DNA of 64,000 nucleotides from Cyanobacteria bacterium P01_D01_bin.156 (GCA_039024555.1 JBCCQQ010000005.1:32001-96000); one strand, 5' to 3'. Positions 1 through 9,963 are shown, numbered from the stretch's first letter. The notes: a model not told the origin generated them from the sequence alone. Numbers and translations are program-made.

Positions 1-99
1 ACCTAAGGCGAGTTTCATATCATCCGCCGCTTGAGCTGCTACTGCTACTGCTAGGGGCAAAACTACCCCCCCTAATTTAAGGATTGTTGATTTCAACAT
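1..99 (-). CDS. 5' end of a gene running off the window edge; N-terminus looks like a Sec signal peptide (MLKSTILKLGGVVLPLAVAVAAQA|ADDMKLALG...)
   Basis: Manual translation: ATG at 99..97 preceded by GAGG on the minus strand; open to position 1; hydrophobic stretch ending in A-Q-A. Confidence 0.6.
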   Translation of the reverse strand, partial: MLKSTILKLGGVVLPLAVAVAAQAADDMKLALG

Positions 100-456
100 A
101 GTCGTACCTCAGGATCACACACAGGGACGATATTTCATCATAAACGTCCGTCGCAAATGCCAATTCAATGCGTTAGAACAGTTAAAAATAGACACAGTTC
201 TAAGGTATTAATTTCGTTGCCCAGTAACGCACTGAAGATGACGCTTTACCTTACTGGTACATCTGTAGCGGCATCAGGACAAAAAGTCATCTTTTGCATC
301 TAAAGTTCATCTTTTGAGAAAGGAGTAGGCAGTTTGCTGCTTAGGGAGTTCGCTAAGGAATAGAGCAGCTGTTAGAACGTTGATTCACCAGAGAATAGTC
401 TGGCTGCCCATCCTCAGCTTCCCGACCTTACCTAGAGTTTTATGGTTAGGCATTGC

Positions 457-1212
457 TTAGGAGCGAAAGTTCTCTGCTTGGAAATGGGAAGGATACTCCT
501 TCACGAGTTTTTTCTCCGGCATCCGATAGGTGAGCTGTTTGCTCGTTGTTTTACCAAGGCTCACTAAAGACTCAGCCATTTTGACGGCGGCAGCAACAGC
601 ATCCACAACGGGCACCCCTAATCGGTCTTCTAACTGTTGTTCTAGACCACTCATACCTGCACAGCCCAGGCAGATGGCTTCGGCTCCGTCTTCCTGGATG
701 GCCTGCTGACTCGCCGCTGTTAAAACGTCTAGCGTAGTGCCACGATCTTGTTCCGTATCCAGTACGGCTAGGCGGGTAGTGCGCACAGAAGCACAACGAC
801 TGGTAAGGCCTGTTTTTTCGACCGTTTTTTCCACCATATCTCTCACCCGGTGCAATGTTGTTACCACGCTCCACTTAGCGGCCAACATATTAACCACATA
901 AAGGCTGGCCTCAGCAATGCCAACCACGGGTCGGCGGGTAATTTCTCGGGCAGCTTCCAGCCCTGGGTCACCCCAACAGGCCAAAACAAAGGCATCGGAG
1001 TCAGTGTCTAAAATAATCTGTTCGAGAATACCGGGAATGGCTAGATATTCGTCATAAAAACTCTCAATGGATTCTGGCCCTGCGACCGGTTGTACGGTCA
1101 CAATCTCAGTGTGGGAAAATTTTGCGGCCTGGGCTGAAGCATTGATATTACCTGTCATGGGCTGACAGGTATTGCCGTTAATGATTTTGATACGACAGCT
1201 TGGTGAAACCAT
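457..1212 (-). CDS. Asp/Glu/hydantoin racemase family protein (allantoin/hydantoin racemase-like)
   Basis: RIKIINGNT N-terminus, LACWGDPGLEAARE and ICLGCAGM two-cysteine racemase motifs; start moved to MVSPS ATG. Confidence 0.85.
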   Translation of the reverse strand: MVSPSCRIKIINGNTCQPMTGNINASAQAAKFSHTEIVTVQPVAGPESIESFYDEYLAIPGILEQIILDTDSDAFVLACWGDPGLEAAREITRRPVVGIAEASLYVVNMLAAKWSVVTTLHRVRDMVEKTVEKTGLTSRCASVRTTRLAVLDTEQDRGTTLDVLTAASQQAIQEDGAEAICLGCAGMSGLEQQLEDRLGVPVVDAVAAAVKMAESLVSLGKTTSKQLTYRMPEKKLVKEYPSHFQAENFRS

Positions 1213-1337
1213 GGGTTTAGATAAACACGATAGCACCATAGTCCCATGACTTAGTTGGCTGGACACGCAGGTAGCGCATCTGTATGCTCAGAGGCGGGTA
1301 AGGTTCTTGTAATTCAGAATGTGCAGGGAATTCATCC

Positions 1338-1739
1338 ATGGCCCAATCCATCCTCCACGTTGTTGCCTATGCTGTTGTTGAGCAACAACGACTCTTGACT
1401 GTACGCAAAAGAAACACGCAAAAATTTATGTTTCCTGGGGGCAAATTTCAGCCTGGAGAAGATGCAGAAACGGCTATCTACCGTGAGGTGAGGGAAGAAC
1501 TCAGCTGTGGGATTGATCCTAAAACGTTTCAGTTCCTGGGAAAATTTATTACCACAGCTGCCAATGAAGCCAATACTCAGCTGGTAGCAACAGTATTTCA
1601 GGGTAGTTTGTTGGGTATCCCAACAGCATCCAATGAAATTGAGGAACTGCAGTGGATACCCATTATGGAGAAAAACAATACCCTTGAGTTAGCCCCGTTA
1701 CTGACTGACTGTATTTTGCCAAAGCTCAGACAGCAATAG
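1338..1739 (+). CDS. NUDIX hydrolase (MutT-like)
   Basis: PGGKFQPGEDAETAIYREVREEL Nudix box. Confidence 0.9.
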   Translation: MAQSILHVVAYAVVEQQRLLTVRKRNTQKFMFPGGKFQPGEDAETAIYREVREELSCGIDPKTFQFLGKFITTAANEANTQLVATVFQGSLLGIPTASNEIEELQWIPIMEKNNTLELAPLLTDCILPKLRQQ

Positions 1740-1772
1740 GGCTGATTTAAGAGATACTTATGTCTTCATTCA

Positions 1773-2852
1773 CTATTTACCAGCCTTGTAAAAAGGTCTC
1801 TTCACCACAGTGGCAGGTACAGTCTTTTGGCGAATTTGCACATTTACCACAGTATCTACTTTTGCCATCTCCGGTGGCACATAGGCCAAGGCTACTGGAT
1901 ATCCCAATGTGGGAGAAAGGGTACCACTGGTGACAATGCCAACGGTTTTTTCATTGTTAACAATGGGATAATCATGGCGGGCAATGTTACGACCCTCCAG
2001 CTGTAAACCTACCAAGCGCCGGGTAACACCATCAGCCTTTTGCTTAGCCAATACATCACGCCCGATAAATGTCGGTACCTTATCTAGATGCACTAGCCAG
2101 CCCAGTCCACCTTCGAGCGGGGTGGTTTCATCATTAATATCTTGACCATACAGGGCCATGGCAGCCTCCAGTCGTAGGGTATCCCGCGCCCCTAACCCAC
2201 AGGGTTCAGCCCCTCGTTCCTGTAATGCCTGCCAGATGGGTGCTGCAGCGGCAGTGTCCACCATGACTTCAAACCCATCTTCGCCGGTATAACCAGTGCG
2301 GGCTAGAAAGGCTGGGTGGCCTAGTACAGTGCCACGGGCGTGATTATAGCGGGGAATCGCCTTGAGATCGGTATCGGTGATCTGTTGCAGGGTTTCTACT
2401 GCCTTGGGTCCCTGAATTGCCATTAACCCCTGGAATCGGGAATTGTCCTGTAGCTCCACATCGCTAAGATGCTCTAACAACCAGGTTTTGTCTTTGTCAG
2501 TGGTGGCAGCATTAACAATCAAGCTAACCTGATTATTACCTTCGTCGTAGACAATCAGGTCGTCAATAATACCGCCCTGGGAATTCAGCAAGACCGTATA
2601 CTGGGCTTTTCCAGGAGCTAAGCGGCTGAGGTCAGAGGGGACGAGTTGCTGGAGCGATCGCAACACATTGTTACCCTGTAAAACAAACTTGCCCATGTGG
2701 GAAATATCAAAAATACCCACAGCGTTACGCACAGCTGCATGTTCCTGTTTAATGCCACTAAACTGTACCGGCATCTCCCACCCGGCGAATTCAGTCATAC
2801 GGGCATTAGCTTGAACACATAAATCATAGAGTGGAGTACGAAGCAGGCCCAT
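1773..2852 (-). CDS. gcvT: Glycine cleavage system aminomethyltransferase T
   Basis: LRTPLY, FAGWEMPVQF, FDISHMG, RTGYTGEDGFE, GLGARDTLRLEA motifs; start at MGLLRTPLY. Confidence 0.97.
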   Translation of the reverse strand: MGLLRTPLYDLCVQANARMTEFAGWEMPVQFSGIKQEHAAVRNAVGIFDISHMGKFVLQGNNVLRSLQQLVPSDLSRLAPGKAQYTVLLNSQGGIIDDLIVYDEGNNQVSLIVNAATTDKDKTWLLEHLSDVELQDNSRFQGLMAIQGPKAVETLQQITDTDLKAIPRYNHARGTVLGHPAFLARTGYTGEDGFEVMVDTAAAAPIWQALQERGAEPCGLGARDTLRLEAAMALYGQDINDETTPLEGGLGWLVHLDKVPTFIGRDVLAKQKADGVTRRLVGLQLEGRNIARHDYPIVNNEKTVGIVTSGTLSPTLGYPVALAYVPPEMAKVDTVVNVQIRQKTVPATVVKRPFYKAGK

Positions 2853-3066
2853 GATAGAGATGTAGACAACGGCATACCCCATCCTACTCTCTTCACGAAC
2901 GTTGTTATCGCCATCACTGATTCCAATCATGAACTGTTTTAGTCATCTGCCATAGTTCAACCACAGTTGAACTACAGGCCTATTTTCTGTGGTCAATGCT
3001 TAGCGCCTATTTGCGGGAACACTGAGAAAACTCAGGGAAAAACGCTCAGAGTTAGGGATTCTGACT

Positions 3067-3840
3067 ATGCTATCTATCCGCTCTTCGTTTTGGTTTGCCC
3101 ATCGGTTGCAGTCGTTTATCAATCCGCATTATCTATCTGCCATGTCTCGACCAGCCCATCGTTTTGTTCTCTTTGGTGCGGACTTTAGTGGAGGACGTTT
3201 GGTCATTGATTTACTACGACGGGTGGCGGATGCTCGCTATGGTCCTCTGCCACCTACTTGGCAAGTCGAGTCCCTATTAAAACGACGTCACTTTTTTCCC
3301 CTACGGCATATTAAACAGCAACAGCTAGCCTGTTCAGACTATGCGTTTGGTTTCAAGCTTTCGGCATCGGATCTGATGTCCACTCATCACATGTCTGAAC
3401 CCCATCGATTTATGGAGCTGCTCCATAATCAGGGATATAAAGTGATTCGTTTGCAGCGACGAGACTTGATGCGGCATGGTCTCGCTATTTTGAAAGCCCA
3501 GCAGACCCAAAAGCGATCGATTCATCCGCCGGATCTAGTTGCCACATTCAAACAGTTAGATGAACAGCGCATTGCGGAGGCCGCCATTGTAGCCCAGGTC
3601 CCCCATTTGACCATCACCTATGAAACTGACCTGTTAGATCCCAATGTGCACAACACCACAGCCCAGCGGCTGTGCCATTTTCTCGGACTCAAACAGCGAC
3701 AGCGGGCCCAGTATCCAATGAAGCTGGTACACCAACAAATTTCAGATTTAATCGATAATTATGATGAGGTCCGGGTTGCTCTAGAAAAGTCAGAATATGC
3801 CTACGCATTAACTGAAGCGTCCGCAAAATTGGTGATTTAA
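3067..3840 (+). CDS. Sulfotransferase-like (Stf0-type) protein with degenerate PAPS-binding loop
   Basis: FVLFGxxxSGxxLxxDLL, FGFKL, KVIRLQRRD, LTITYETDL, LIDNYDEV resemble the Stf0/sulfotransferase pattern. Confidence 0.55.
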   Translation: MLSIRSSFWFAHRLQSFINPHYLSAMSRPAHRFVLFGADFSGGRLVIDLLRRVADARYGPLPPTWQVESLLKRRHFFPLRHIKQQQLACSDYAFGFKLSASDLMSTHHMSEPHRFMELLHNQGYKVIRLQRRDLMRHGLAILKAQQTQKRSIHPPDLVATFKQLDEQRIAEAAIVAQVPHLTITYETDLLDPNVHNTTAQRLCHFLGLKQRQRAQYPMKLVHQQISDLIDNYDEVRVALEKSEYAYALTEASAKLVI

Positions 3841-4838
3841 GTTTGGGCAGGTTTCCCCTGCGAGTGCTCCAATACCGCTTTAGCATTGCGTCGCCACATA
3901 GCAGGTTTAATTCGCCTCAGGGCCGATGCCGGAAACCGTCGATCCCAATCTTCTTTAGTCAGGTTAGATAGCTCGTTTAGTTGGGGAGCCACATTGTCTG
4001 GATAAGGATCAAAGTCCTTTACATCAGTGGGCTGAGCAAACCGTTGATTCCAAGGGCATACGTCTTGACACACATCACAGCCTGCCACCCAGTTATCTAA
4101 GTGATCAACGATGGATTTTGGTAGTTGTTCCGTACGATTTTCAATGGTGTGGTAGGCAATACAGCGGTTCGCATCGATCACTCCCGGCGCTCTAATGGCC
4201 TGGGTGGGGCAAGCGTCTAAACAGCGAGTGCAGGTGCCGCAGTGGCTGGTGTGGGGAAATGAGGCAGGCAGCTCCACATTGGTTAGGATTTCCCCTAAAA
4301 ACACCCAAGAACCATAGTTTCGGGTAATCAAATTACCGTTTTTGGCGACCCAGCCCAATCCCGCTTGCTGGGCCCAAAATTTATCCTGAACCGGACCTGT
4401 ATCGGCATAGTATCTAGCCGCAATAAGTCCACCTTGGGGATGGGACTGGGATTGGAGCCATAGGCATAGCTGTTTGAGCTTTTTATGCATCACCCGATGG
4501 TAGTCGCGCCCCCAGCCATAGCGGGCAATCTTACCGTACTTCTCCCCCTCAGGGCGTTGGTGGGGGGTGTAGTAGTTAAGGGCCACACAGATTATCGAGC
4601 ATACGTCTGGCATGACGCGACGAATGTTTTCTCGCTTCGGATTGGCCATCCAATCCATATCAGCCTGATACCCCTGGTGTAGCCACTGACGCAGTCGAGT
4701 TTGCATAGTCTGCTCAGGCGCAGTGGGTTCAGGTGCTACTGCCACAACACCAAAGCGGTGAAATCCAACAGCCTGACTCTGCTGCTCCAGACGCTCAATC
4801 AATGGCGTGGACGTTAGGTTTTGGGAAGAATTTGGCAT
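3837..4838 (-). CDS. queG: tRNA epoxyqueuosine(34) reductase
   Basis: ARYGWGRDYH, DTGPV, CGTCTRCLDACPT and GCDVCQDVCPWN Fe-S motifs. Confidence 0.96.
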   Translation of the reverse strand: MPNSSQNLTSTPLIERLEQQSQAVGFHRFGVVAVAPEPTAPEQTMQTRLRQWLHQGYQADMDWMANPKRENIRRVMPDVCSIICVALNYYTPHQRPEGEKYGKIARYGWGRDYHRVMHKKLKQLCLWLQSQSHPQGGLIAARYYADTGPVQDKFWAQQAGLGWVAKNGNLITRNYGSWVFLGEILTNVELPASFPHTSHCGTCTRCLDACPTQAIRAPGVIDANRCIAYHTIENRTEQLPKSIVDHLDNWVAGCDVCQDVCPWNQRFAQPTDVKDFDPYPDNVAPQLNELSNLTKEDWDRRFPASALRRIKPAMWRRNAKAVLEHSQGKPAQT

Positions 4839-5353
4839 TGCATTACCACACGCACCTGACGATTGAATCCATGGCGTTCTTCATGGTTCACAATGGCGCG
4901 GATGTCTGGAGTGTACTGGGCTGGAACAACAATTTCAAATCCCAGACGACGATAAAACGGAATCGTCCAGGGAACATAGCGAAACGTCGTCAACGTGACC
5001 TCAGCTAAGCGCTGTTGGCGCGCTTCTACTAATACCTGATTGACCAGGGCAGAACCAATACCTTGACGGCCATAGTCAGGAACCACATCCAACTCCACAA
5101 TAAAAAAACCGTTAGCTAGCCACTCCACAACGACAAAACCAACAGGCGCACCATATTGGGGTAATACTGCAACCCATAAATGCTGTTGACACTGAGCTTG
5201 ATGCAGAAAATCAATCGAAACAATGTTCTCTAAATGTTTTTGGGTCAGCCCCAACTGAGACAGATAAGGTCGATACTGTTGTGCCGCCGCCCTTTCAATG
5301 CCAGGCAGATGCCCAACGTCTGCGGTAGTGGCGACCCGAACTTGATAGTCCAT
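4814..5353 (-). CDS. GNAT family N-acetyltransferase
   Basis: ELDVVPDYGRQGIGSAL acetyl-CoA motif; LTTFRYVPW..PFYRRLGF. Confidence 0.9.
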   Translation of the reverse strand: MDYQVRVATTADVGHLPGIERAAAQQYRPYLSQLGLTQKHLENIVSIDFLHQAQCQQHLWVAVLPQYGAPVGFVVVEWLANGFFIVELDVVPDYGRQGIGSALVNQVLVEARQQRLAEVTLTTFRYVPWTIPFYRRLGFEIVVPAQYTPDIRAIVNHEERHGFNRQVRVVMQCQILPKT

Positions 5354-5415
5354 AGATTTGAAACGAGCAGAGTGAGGGTCATAAGCTCTTTCTAAAGAGC
5401 TACAAAGTCACTTCA

Positions 5416-5772
5416 CTATTGCGTTTCCAGTAGATGCTGCACAGACGACAGCCACTGTTTTAGCAGCGTATCCAAACTGTCATCTTCAGGCTCAACATGC
5501 TCTACGGTTGCGACTACCTCCCCAAACCAGTCCAGAGCAGATATTTGCTGAGGTAGGGCTTCTCGAATGGGAGTTTCAGCAGGGTTAGTCAGTGCAGGCT
5601 CGATAGTCACTAACGACATCTGTTCGTCACTATCAATGGGATAGCCCGGTTTCATTCCAGATTCCGACAGGGTTGACGCCTTTGAAACACTTACACCAAA
5701 GCACAGGATACTAATGGTAACAACCAAGATAAATCTAATCCACCACCGGATGGGCTTATCTACTCGTTTCAT
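5416..5772 (-). CDS. Hypothetical secreted or membrane-anchored protein
   Basis: 118-aa ORF with N-terminal hydrophobic segment. Confidence 0.55.
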   Translation of the reverse strand: MKRVDKPIRWWIRFILVVTISILCFGVSVSKASTLSESGMKPGYPIDSDEQMSLVTIEPALTNPAETPIREALPQQISALDWFGEVVATVEHVEPEDDSLDTLLKQWLSSVQHLLETQ

Positions 5773-6087
5773 TTCCCTGATTTTACTTCTGCCAGATTCG
5801 GTTACATTTTTTACTGGAGATGAGTATTCAATCCCTTCTGTTTCTTTTCAAAGAGTAGATAACTATCTCCCTATCAATCATGATTTAAAGCTACTTTTTT
5901 CAACACATTGTTGCAAAGCATTTACCACATCTTTAAGATTGTTAACTCAACTCAAATTTCAAGAACAAATTTTAGGCCAATCTTTTCTTAAGAGACCGTC
6001 TAGATCCGATGTAGCAAGGAGATAGTAGCGTACTGAGACCCATGAAAAAATAGGTGGTAGTACCTGGAAGATAAGGTTTTAGCCCCT

Positions 6088-6115
6088 CAAAGTCAGATAA
6101 ATTTATCTGACTTTG
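6088..6115. repeat. Perfect 28-bp palindrome CAAAGTCAGATAAA/TTTATCTGACTTTG
   Basis: Read directly; no spacer. Confidence 0.9.
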
Positions 6116-6171
6116 GCTATGCCCATTTTTTTTAATGTTGAAAATTAACTTTGTTATCTTGTCTTATTTTT

Positions 6172-6185
6172 GTAACAAGTTATAC
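6172..6185 (+). promoter_or_regulatory. NtcA-binding site (tGTAacaagttaTAC) upstream of the guanidine operon
   Basis: Exact GTA-N8-TAC; AATACT -10-like hexamer 22 nt downstream (6208-6213), alternative TACAAT at 6223-6228; precedes a nitrogen-scavenging operon. Confidence 0.75.
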
Positions 6186-6232
6186 TTTTTCTGGATTGAC
6201 AAACTTGAATACTAGAGCCGACTACAATATTA

Positions 6233-6344
6233 GGTTTCTAGGGTTCCGGTTTAGCCATCAATGAGCAAACTGTTCTGGATTAAATGTCTGGACCGAGAGA
6301 AATCGCCAGCTTTCTGGTACACGGCGGGATAAAAGCCCGGGAGA
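6233..6344 (+). ncRNA. Guanidine-I (ykkC-yxkD) riboswitch aptamer
   Basis: TTTCTAGGGTTCCG...CTGGACCGAGAGAAA...CACGGCGGGATAAAAGCCCGGGAG conserved blocks; lies upstream of gdmH. Confidence 0.95.
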
Positions 6345-6396
6345 AGTCATTTAGCAGGGTATGTCTGCTATTAGATTCTCTCGGGCTTTTGGTATT
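6331..6396 (+). terminator. Riboswitch expression platform (intrinsic terminator overlapping aptamer 3' tail)
   Basis: AAAAGCCCGGGAGAA (6331-6345) pairs with TTCTCTCGGGCTTTT (6376-6390); inner TAGCAG/CTGCTA hairpin. Confidence 0.85.
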
Positions 6397-6452
6397 TAGG
6401 TGTTTGCCGGCTGGTCCAGTAGTTTGCACTGTTATCGCTACCCATTGACATC

Positions 6453-7631
6453 ATGAGTGATACGCCCACATTTCGTAGTCCTGCTGATTCAGAGGCGAAT
6501 CGTGCCCTGGAACTTGAGGCCCAGTTACCCCTTACGGGCTGGCAACAGGAAGTGTCTCAGGGGTTAGAGTATGGCCTGGAGGCTGCTGAGAGTATTCGCG
6601 ATCGCAGCATTCCCACCTTCTCTCGTGGTGAACTCCCCCACTACGCAGGTATCAACACGTTTCTCAAAGCGCCCTACATTGAAGATGTGCGCAAAGTAGG
6701 AGAATACGATGTGGCCATTGTCGGCGTACCCCACGATTCGGGAACGACCTATCGGCCCGGTACCCGATTTGGTCCCCAAGGAATTCGACGCATTTCTGCC
6801 CTTTACACTCCCTACAATTTTGAAATGGGGATTGATCTGCGGGAACAGATTACCCTGTGTGATGTGGGCGACATTTTTACAATTCCGGCCAACAACGAAA
6901 AATCCTTTGACCAAATCTCTAAAGGGGTGGCCCACGTTTTTAGCTCCGGTGCCTTTCCCATTATTCTGGGCGGCGACCACTCCATTGGGTTTCCTACAGT
7001 GCGAGGCGTCTGCCGTCACCTAGGGGATAAAAAAGTAGGTATTATCCACTTTGACCGCCATGTGGATACCCAGGAAACAGATCTAGACGAGCGCATGCAC
7101 ACCTGCCCCTGGTTCCATGCCACCAATATGGCCAACGCTCCAGCGAAAAACCTTGTACAACTGGGTATTGGCGGTTGGCAAGTGCCGCGTCAGGGCGTCA
7201 AAGTGTGTCGCGAACGGGCCACGAATATTCTGACAGTCACCGACATCACCGAGATGGGCTTAGATGCAGCAGCTGATTTTGCCCTAGAGCGTGCCCTCGA
7301 CGGTACCGACTGTGTTTACATCAGTTTTGATATCGACTGTATTGATGCTGGATTTGTCCCCGGTACCGGTTGGCCAGAGCCTGGTGGTCTGTTGCCCCGC
7401 GAGGCTCTATATCTATTGGGCAAAATCATTCGCAGTGCCCCAGTGTGCGGTCTTGAGGTGGTAGAAGTGTCTCCCCCCTATGACATCAGCGACATGACCT
7501 CCCTCATGGCAACCCGGGTTATCTGCGATGCGATGGCTCACCTGGTGCAGTCTGGTCAGCTACCGCGCTCTGGCACCCCCGACTATATTCACGCCGAGGC
7601 CAACATGGGTGTCGGCAGCGATTGGCAGTAA
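6453..7631 (+). CDS. gdmH: Ni2+-dependent guanidine hydrolase (ureohydrolase/agmatinase superfamily)
   Basis: GGDHS, HFDRHVDT, SFDIDCID metal ligands; MHTCPW and GTGWPEPGG variants typical of GdmH; riboswitch and hypA/hypB context. Confidence 0.93.
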   Translation: MSDTPTFRSPADSEANRALELEAQLPLTGWQQEVSQGLEYGLEAAESIRDRSIPTFSRGELPHYAGINTFLKAPYIEDVRKVGEYDVAIVGVPHDSGTTYRPGTRFGPQGIRRISALYTPYNFEMGIDLREQITLCDVGDIFTIPANNEKSFDQISKGVAHVFSSGAFPIILGGDHSIGFPTVRGVCRHLGDKKVGIIHFDRHVDTQETDLDERMHTCPWFHATNMANAPAKNLVQLGIGGWQVPRQGVKVCRERATNILTVTDITEMGLDAAADFALERALDGTDCVYISFDIDCIDAGFVPGTGWPEPGGLLPREALYLLGKIIRSAPVCGLEVVEVSPPYDISDMTSLMATRVICDAMAHLVQSGQLPRSGTPDYIHAEANMGVGSDWQ

Positions 7632-7642
7632 GGGAGGTAATT

Positions 7643-7996
7643 ATGCATGAAACCGACATGACCAAAGCTTTAGTCGGCACCATTCGAGACTGGTGGGACT
7701 CCCAACCAGAGCGCCCCACGATTCAAAAAGTTCACCTAATTGTGGGAGCCTTTACTTGTGTAGAACCCGCCAGCCTTAAATTTGCCTTTGATGTACAGAC
7801 CCAAGGCACCTTTCTCGATGGGGCACAGTTAGTCATTAAAGACGTTCCGCTGGTGGCTCACTGCCATACTTGCCATACCGATTACCGTCCCGAGTTTGGT
7901 AGTCAATATGCTTGCCCCACCTGCAATAGTCCCATGGACGATATTCGTTCAGGTCGAGAGTTAAAAATCGACCGCTTGGAATGCGTTACAGCCTGA
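7643..7996 (+). CDS. hypA: HypA-type nickel metallochaperone (GhaA-like)
   Basis: MHE N-terminus after GGAGG SD; CHTC and CPTC zinc motifs; SGRELKI. Confidence 0.93.
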   Translation: MHETDMTKALVGTIRDWWDSQPERPTIQKVHLIVGAFTCVEPASLKFAFDVQTQGTFLDGAQLVIKDVPLVAHCHTCHTDYRPEFGSQYACPTCNSPMDDIRSGRELKIDRLECVTA

Positions 7997-8107
7997 AATG
8001 CATTGCCATGGCTATCGATTGTTGGGTTGCATCGGTAGATGACTTTTAAAAAGAGACAAAGCCTACACGCTTTAACCCAACCGACTGCTGATTTACCCTT
8101 CCAAAAA

Positions 8108-8803
8108 ATGCACCAAACCTTTGACGCCGCCCTTGAAATGAACCTGCTCCATGCGAATCAGCAGGGTGCCGATCACAATCGCGCCCATTTTGATCAGTGG
8201 GGCATTACCTGCATCAACTTGATGAGTAGCCCCGGTGCCGGTAAAACTCAGCTATTAGAAGCCACCCTCAGAGACCTAGACAAACTTGAGGTGGCTGTTA
8301 TCGAAGGGGATATGACCACAGAGCTGGACGCCAATCGTTTACGACAGTATGGCGTTCCTGTGGTTGCCATTAATACAGGTCGGGCCTGCCATCTCGACTC
8401 AAAAATGGTAGCAGGTGGCATCCATCAGCTACAGCATGACTACACTCCAGCCACCATTGACTTGGTGGTTGTAGAAAATGTGGGCAATTTGGTCTGCCCT
8501 GCAGAATTTGAAGTGGGAGAGCACACCAAGGTAGCACTGCTTAGCGTTACAGAGGGAGAAGACAAGCCGCTTAAATATCCCGTAATGTTTCGAGAAGCGG
8601 ATTGCTTATTGATTACAAAAACAGATTTAGCCCCCTATCTAGACATTGATTTAGACCAAATTGAGGCAAATGTGCGACAAATTAATCCCAATGTCACCAT
8701 CATTCGTATCTCTGCCAAGACCGGAGAAGGTCTAACCACTTGGTTGGATTGGGTGCGTCAAACAGTAAATGAGCAAGCAAACCGTTTACAGCTCACAGTA
8801 TGA
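8108..8803 (+). CDS. hypB: HypB-type nickel-insertion GTPase (GhaB-like)
   Basis: SSPGAGKT P-loop, [33 protein letters not shown]. Confidence 0.94.
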   Translation: MHQTFDAALEMNLLHANQQGADHNRAHFDQWGITCINLMSSPGAGKTQLLEATLRDLDKLEVAVIEGDMTTELDANRLRQYGVPVVAINTGRACHLDSKMVAGGIHQLQHDYTPATIDLVVVENVGNLVCPAEFEVGEHTKVALLSVTEGEDKPLKYPVMFREADCLLITKTDLAPYLDIDLDQIEANVRQINPNVTIIRISAKTGEGLTTWLDWVRQTVNEQANRLQLTV

Positions 8804-8873
8804 GCACCTAGGGTCCTGTAAAAACGGTATGATTGCTGACCTGCAAAAGGGTTAACGTGTAGTGAGGTACGAA

Positions 8874-9914
8874 ATGCGACGACAACAATTTATATCGACC
8901 TGTTTAGCATTCATCTTTGGGTTGGTAGTGGCCGTGGGCTGTAGGGGCAATGCTCCAAATACGGTCGCTGACCCTACTGAAACAGCAGCGCCTGAAACAG
9001 CGCCTTTAGTAATTGGTTACAGCAACTGGGCTGGTTGGTGGCCCTGGGCGATCGCAGAAAAAGAAGGTCTGTTTGAAACCAACGGGGCTAATGTGGAATT
9101 AAAGTGGTTTGATAGCTACATTGCTTCTATGGAGGCCTTAGCTGCTGGACAGTTGGATGGCAACTGTCAAACCCTTAATGACACTATTTCTTTTGCCGCT
9201 GATGCGGTTAATGGAGAGGTAGCCGTACTAGTAAACGACAACTCAGCCGGTAACGACAAAATTATTGTTACTGAGGATATCAACACCATCCAAGAGCTCA
9301 AAGGGAAAAAAGTTGCCATTGAAGAAGGTGTCGTTGATGACTTCTTATTGACCCTGGCTTTAGAAGAAAATGGCATGTCGCGAGATGATGTGGAAATTTT
9401 ACCCCTGGAAACAGGGGCTGCTGCTGCCGCATTTGCCGCTGGTCAAGCCGATGCAGTAGGGGCATTTCCTCCATTCTGGCTGACTGCCCTTGAACGGGAA
9501 GGTAGTAAGGAACTGATTACCTCCGCTGAGTACCCCGGAGCCATTCCCGACTTGTTAGTTGTGACTCAAAAGGTCATCGATGAACAACCGGAGCAGGTGC
9601 AGGCCTTGATTAATACCTGGTTTGATATTTTGGCCTTTATGGAAGAAAATCCCGAGCGCTCTGATGAAATCATGGCTGAGCGAGCTGGGGTCACCACGGA
9701 AGAGCTGCAGCTCTTTAAAGAAGGGACTCGCATGTTTACCCTGGAAGATAACCTAGAGGCCTTTAGCCCTGGCGATAGCATGAAGCACATGCCCTTTGCG
9801 GCGAAACAAATGGCTGACTTTATGGTGAATGTTGGGTTTATTCCAGAAGCGCCCGACCTGGATACTATTCTGGACGATCAGTTTGTGCGAGCCTACGCCG
9901 AATCAGCAAGCTAA
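8874..9914 (+). CDS. ABC transporter substrate-binding lipoprotein (NitT/TauT-type; probable guanidine binding)
   Basis: Lipobox VAVGC; GYSNWAGWWPW and DNSAGNDKI motifs; position in guanidine operon. Confidence 0.88.
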   Translation: MRRQQFISTCLAFIFGLVVAVGCRGNAPNTVADPTETAAPETAPLVIGYSNWAGWWPWAIAEKEGLFETNGANVELKWFDSYIASMEALAAGQLDGNCQTLNDTISFAADAVNGEVAVLVNDNSAGNDKIIVTEDINTIQELKGKKVAIEEGVVDDFLLTLALEENGMSRDDVEILPLETGAAAAAFAAGQADAVGAFPPFWLTALEREGSKELITSAEYPGAIPDLLVVTQKVIDEQPEQVQALINTWFDILAFMEENPERSDEIMAERAGVTTEELQLFKEGTRMFTLEDNLEAFSPGDSMKHMPFAAKQMADFMVNVGFIPEAPDLDTILDDQFVRAYAESAS

Positions 9915-9929
9915 GCCAAACTTTTGTTG

Positions 9930-9963
9930 AAAGGAGCCCTAAAAGCCGAAAGGGGCTCCTTTT
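9930..9963 (+). terminator. Intra-operon stem-loop after the binding-protein gene (attenuator or mRNA stabiliser)
   Basis: AAAGGAGCCC...GGGCTCCTTT followed by T. Confidence 0.65.

Noticed and set aside
457..1212. Hydantoin/allantoin racemase as part of the guanidine regulon
   Set aside because: It is 5 kb away, separated by unrelated genes, with no riboswitch or exact NtcA box seen upstream
5714..6025. 103-aa ORF upstream of the guanidine promoter
   Set aside because: It overlaps the opposite-strand gene start, has no SD or recognisable motifs, and lies in AT-rich promoter-like DNA
7643..8803. hypA/hypB as evidence of a hydrogenase cluster
   Set aside because: No hox/hup or other hyp genes are nearby; their position directly after gdmH fits dedicated Ni chaperones
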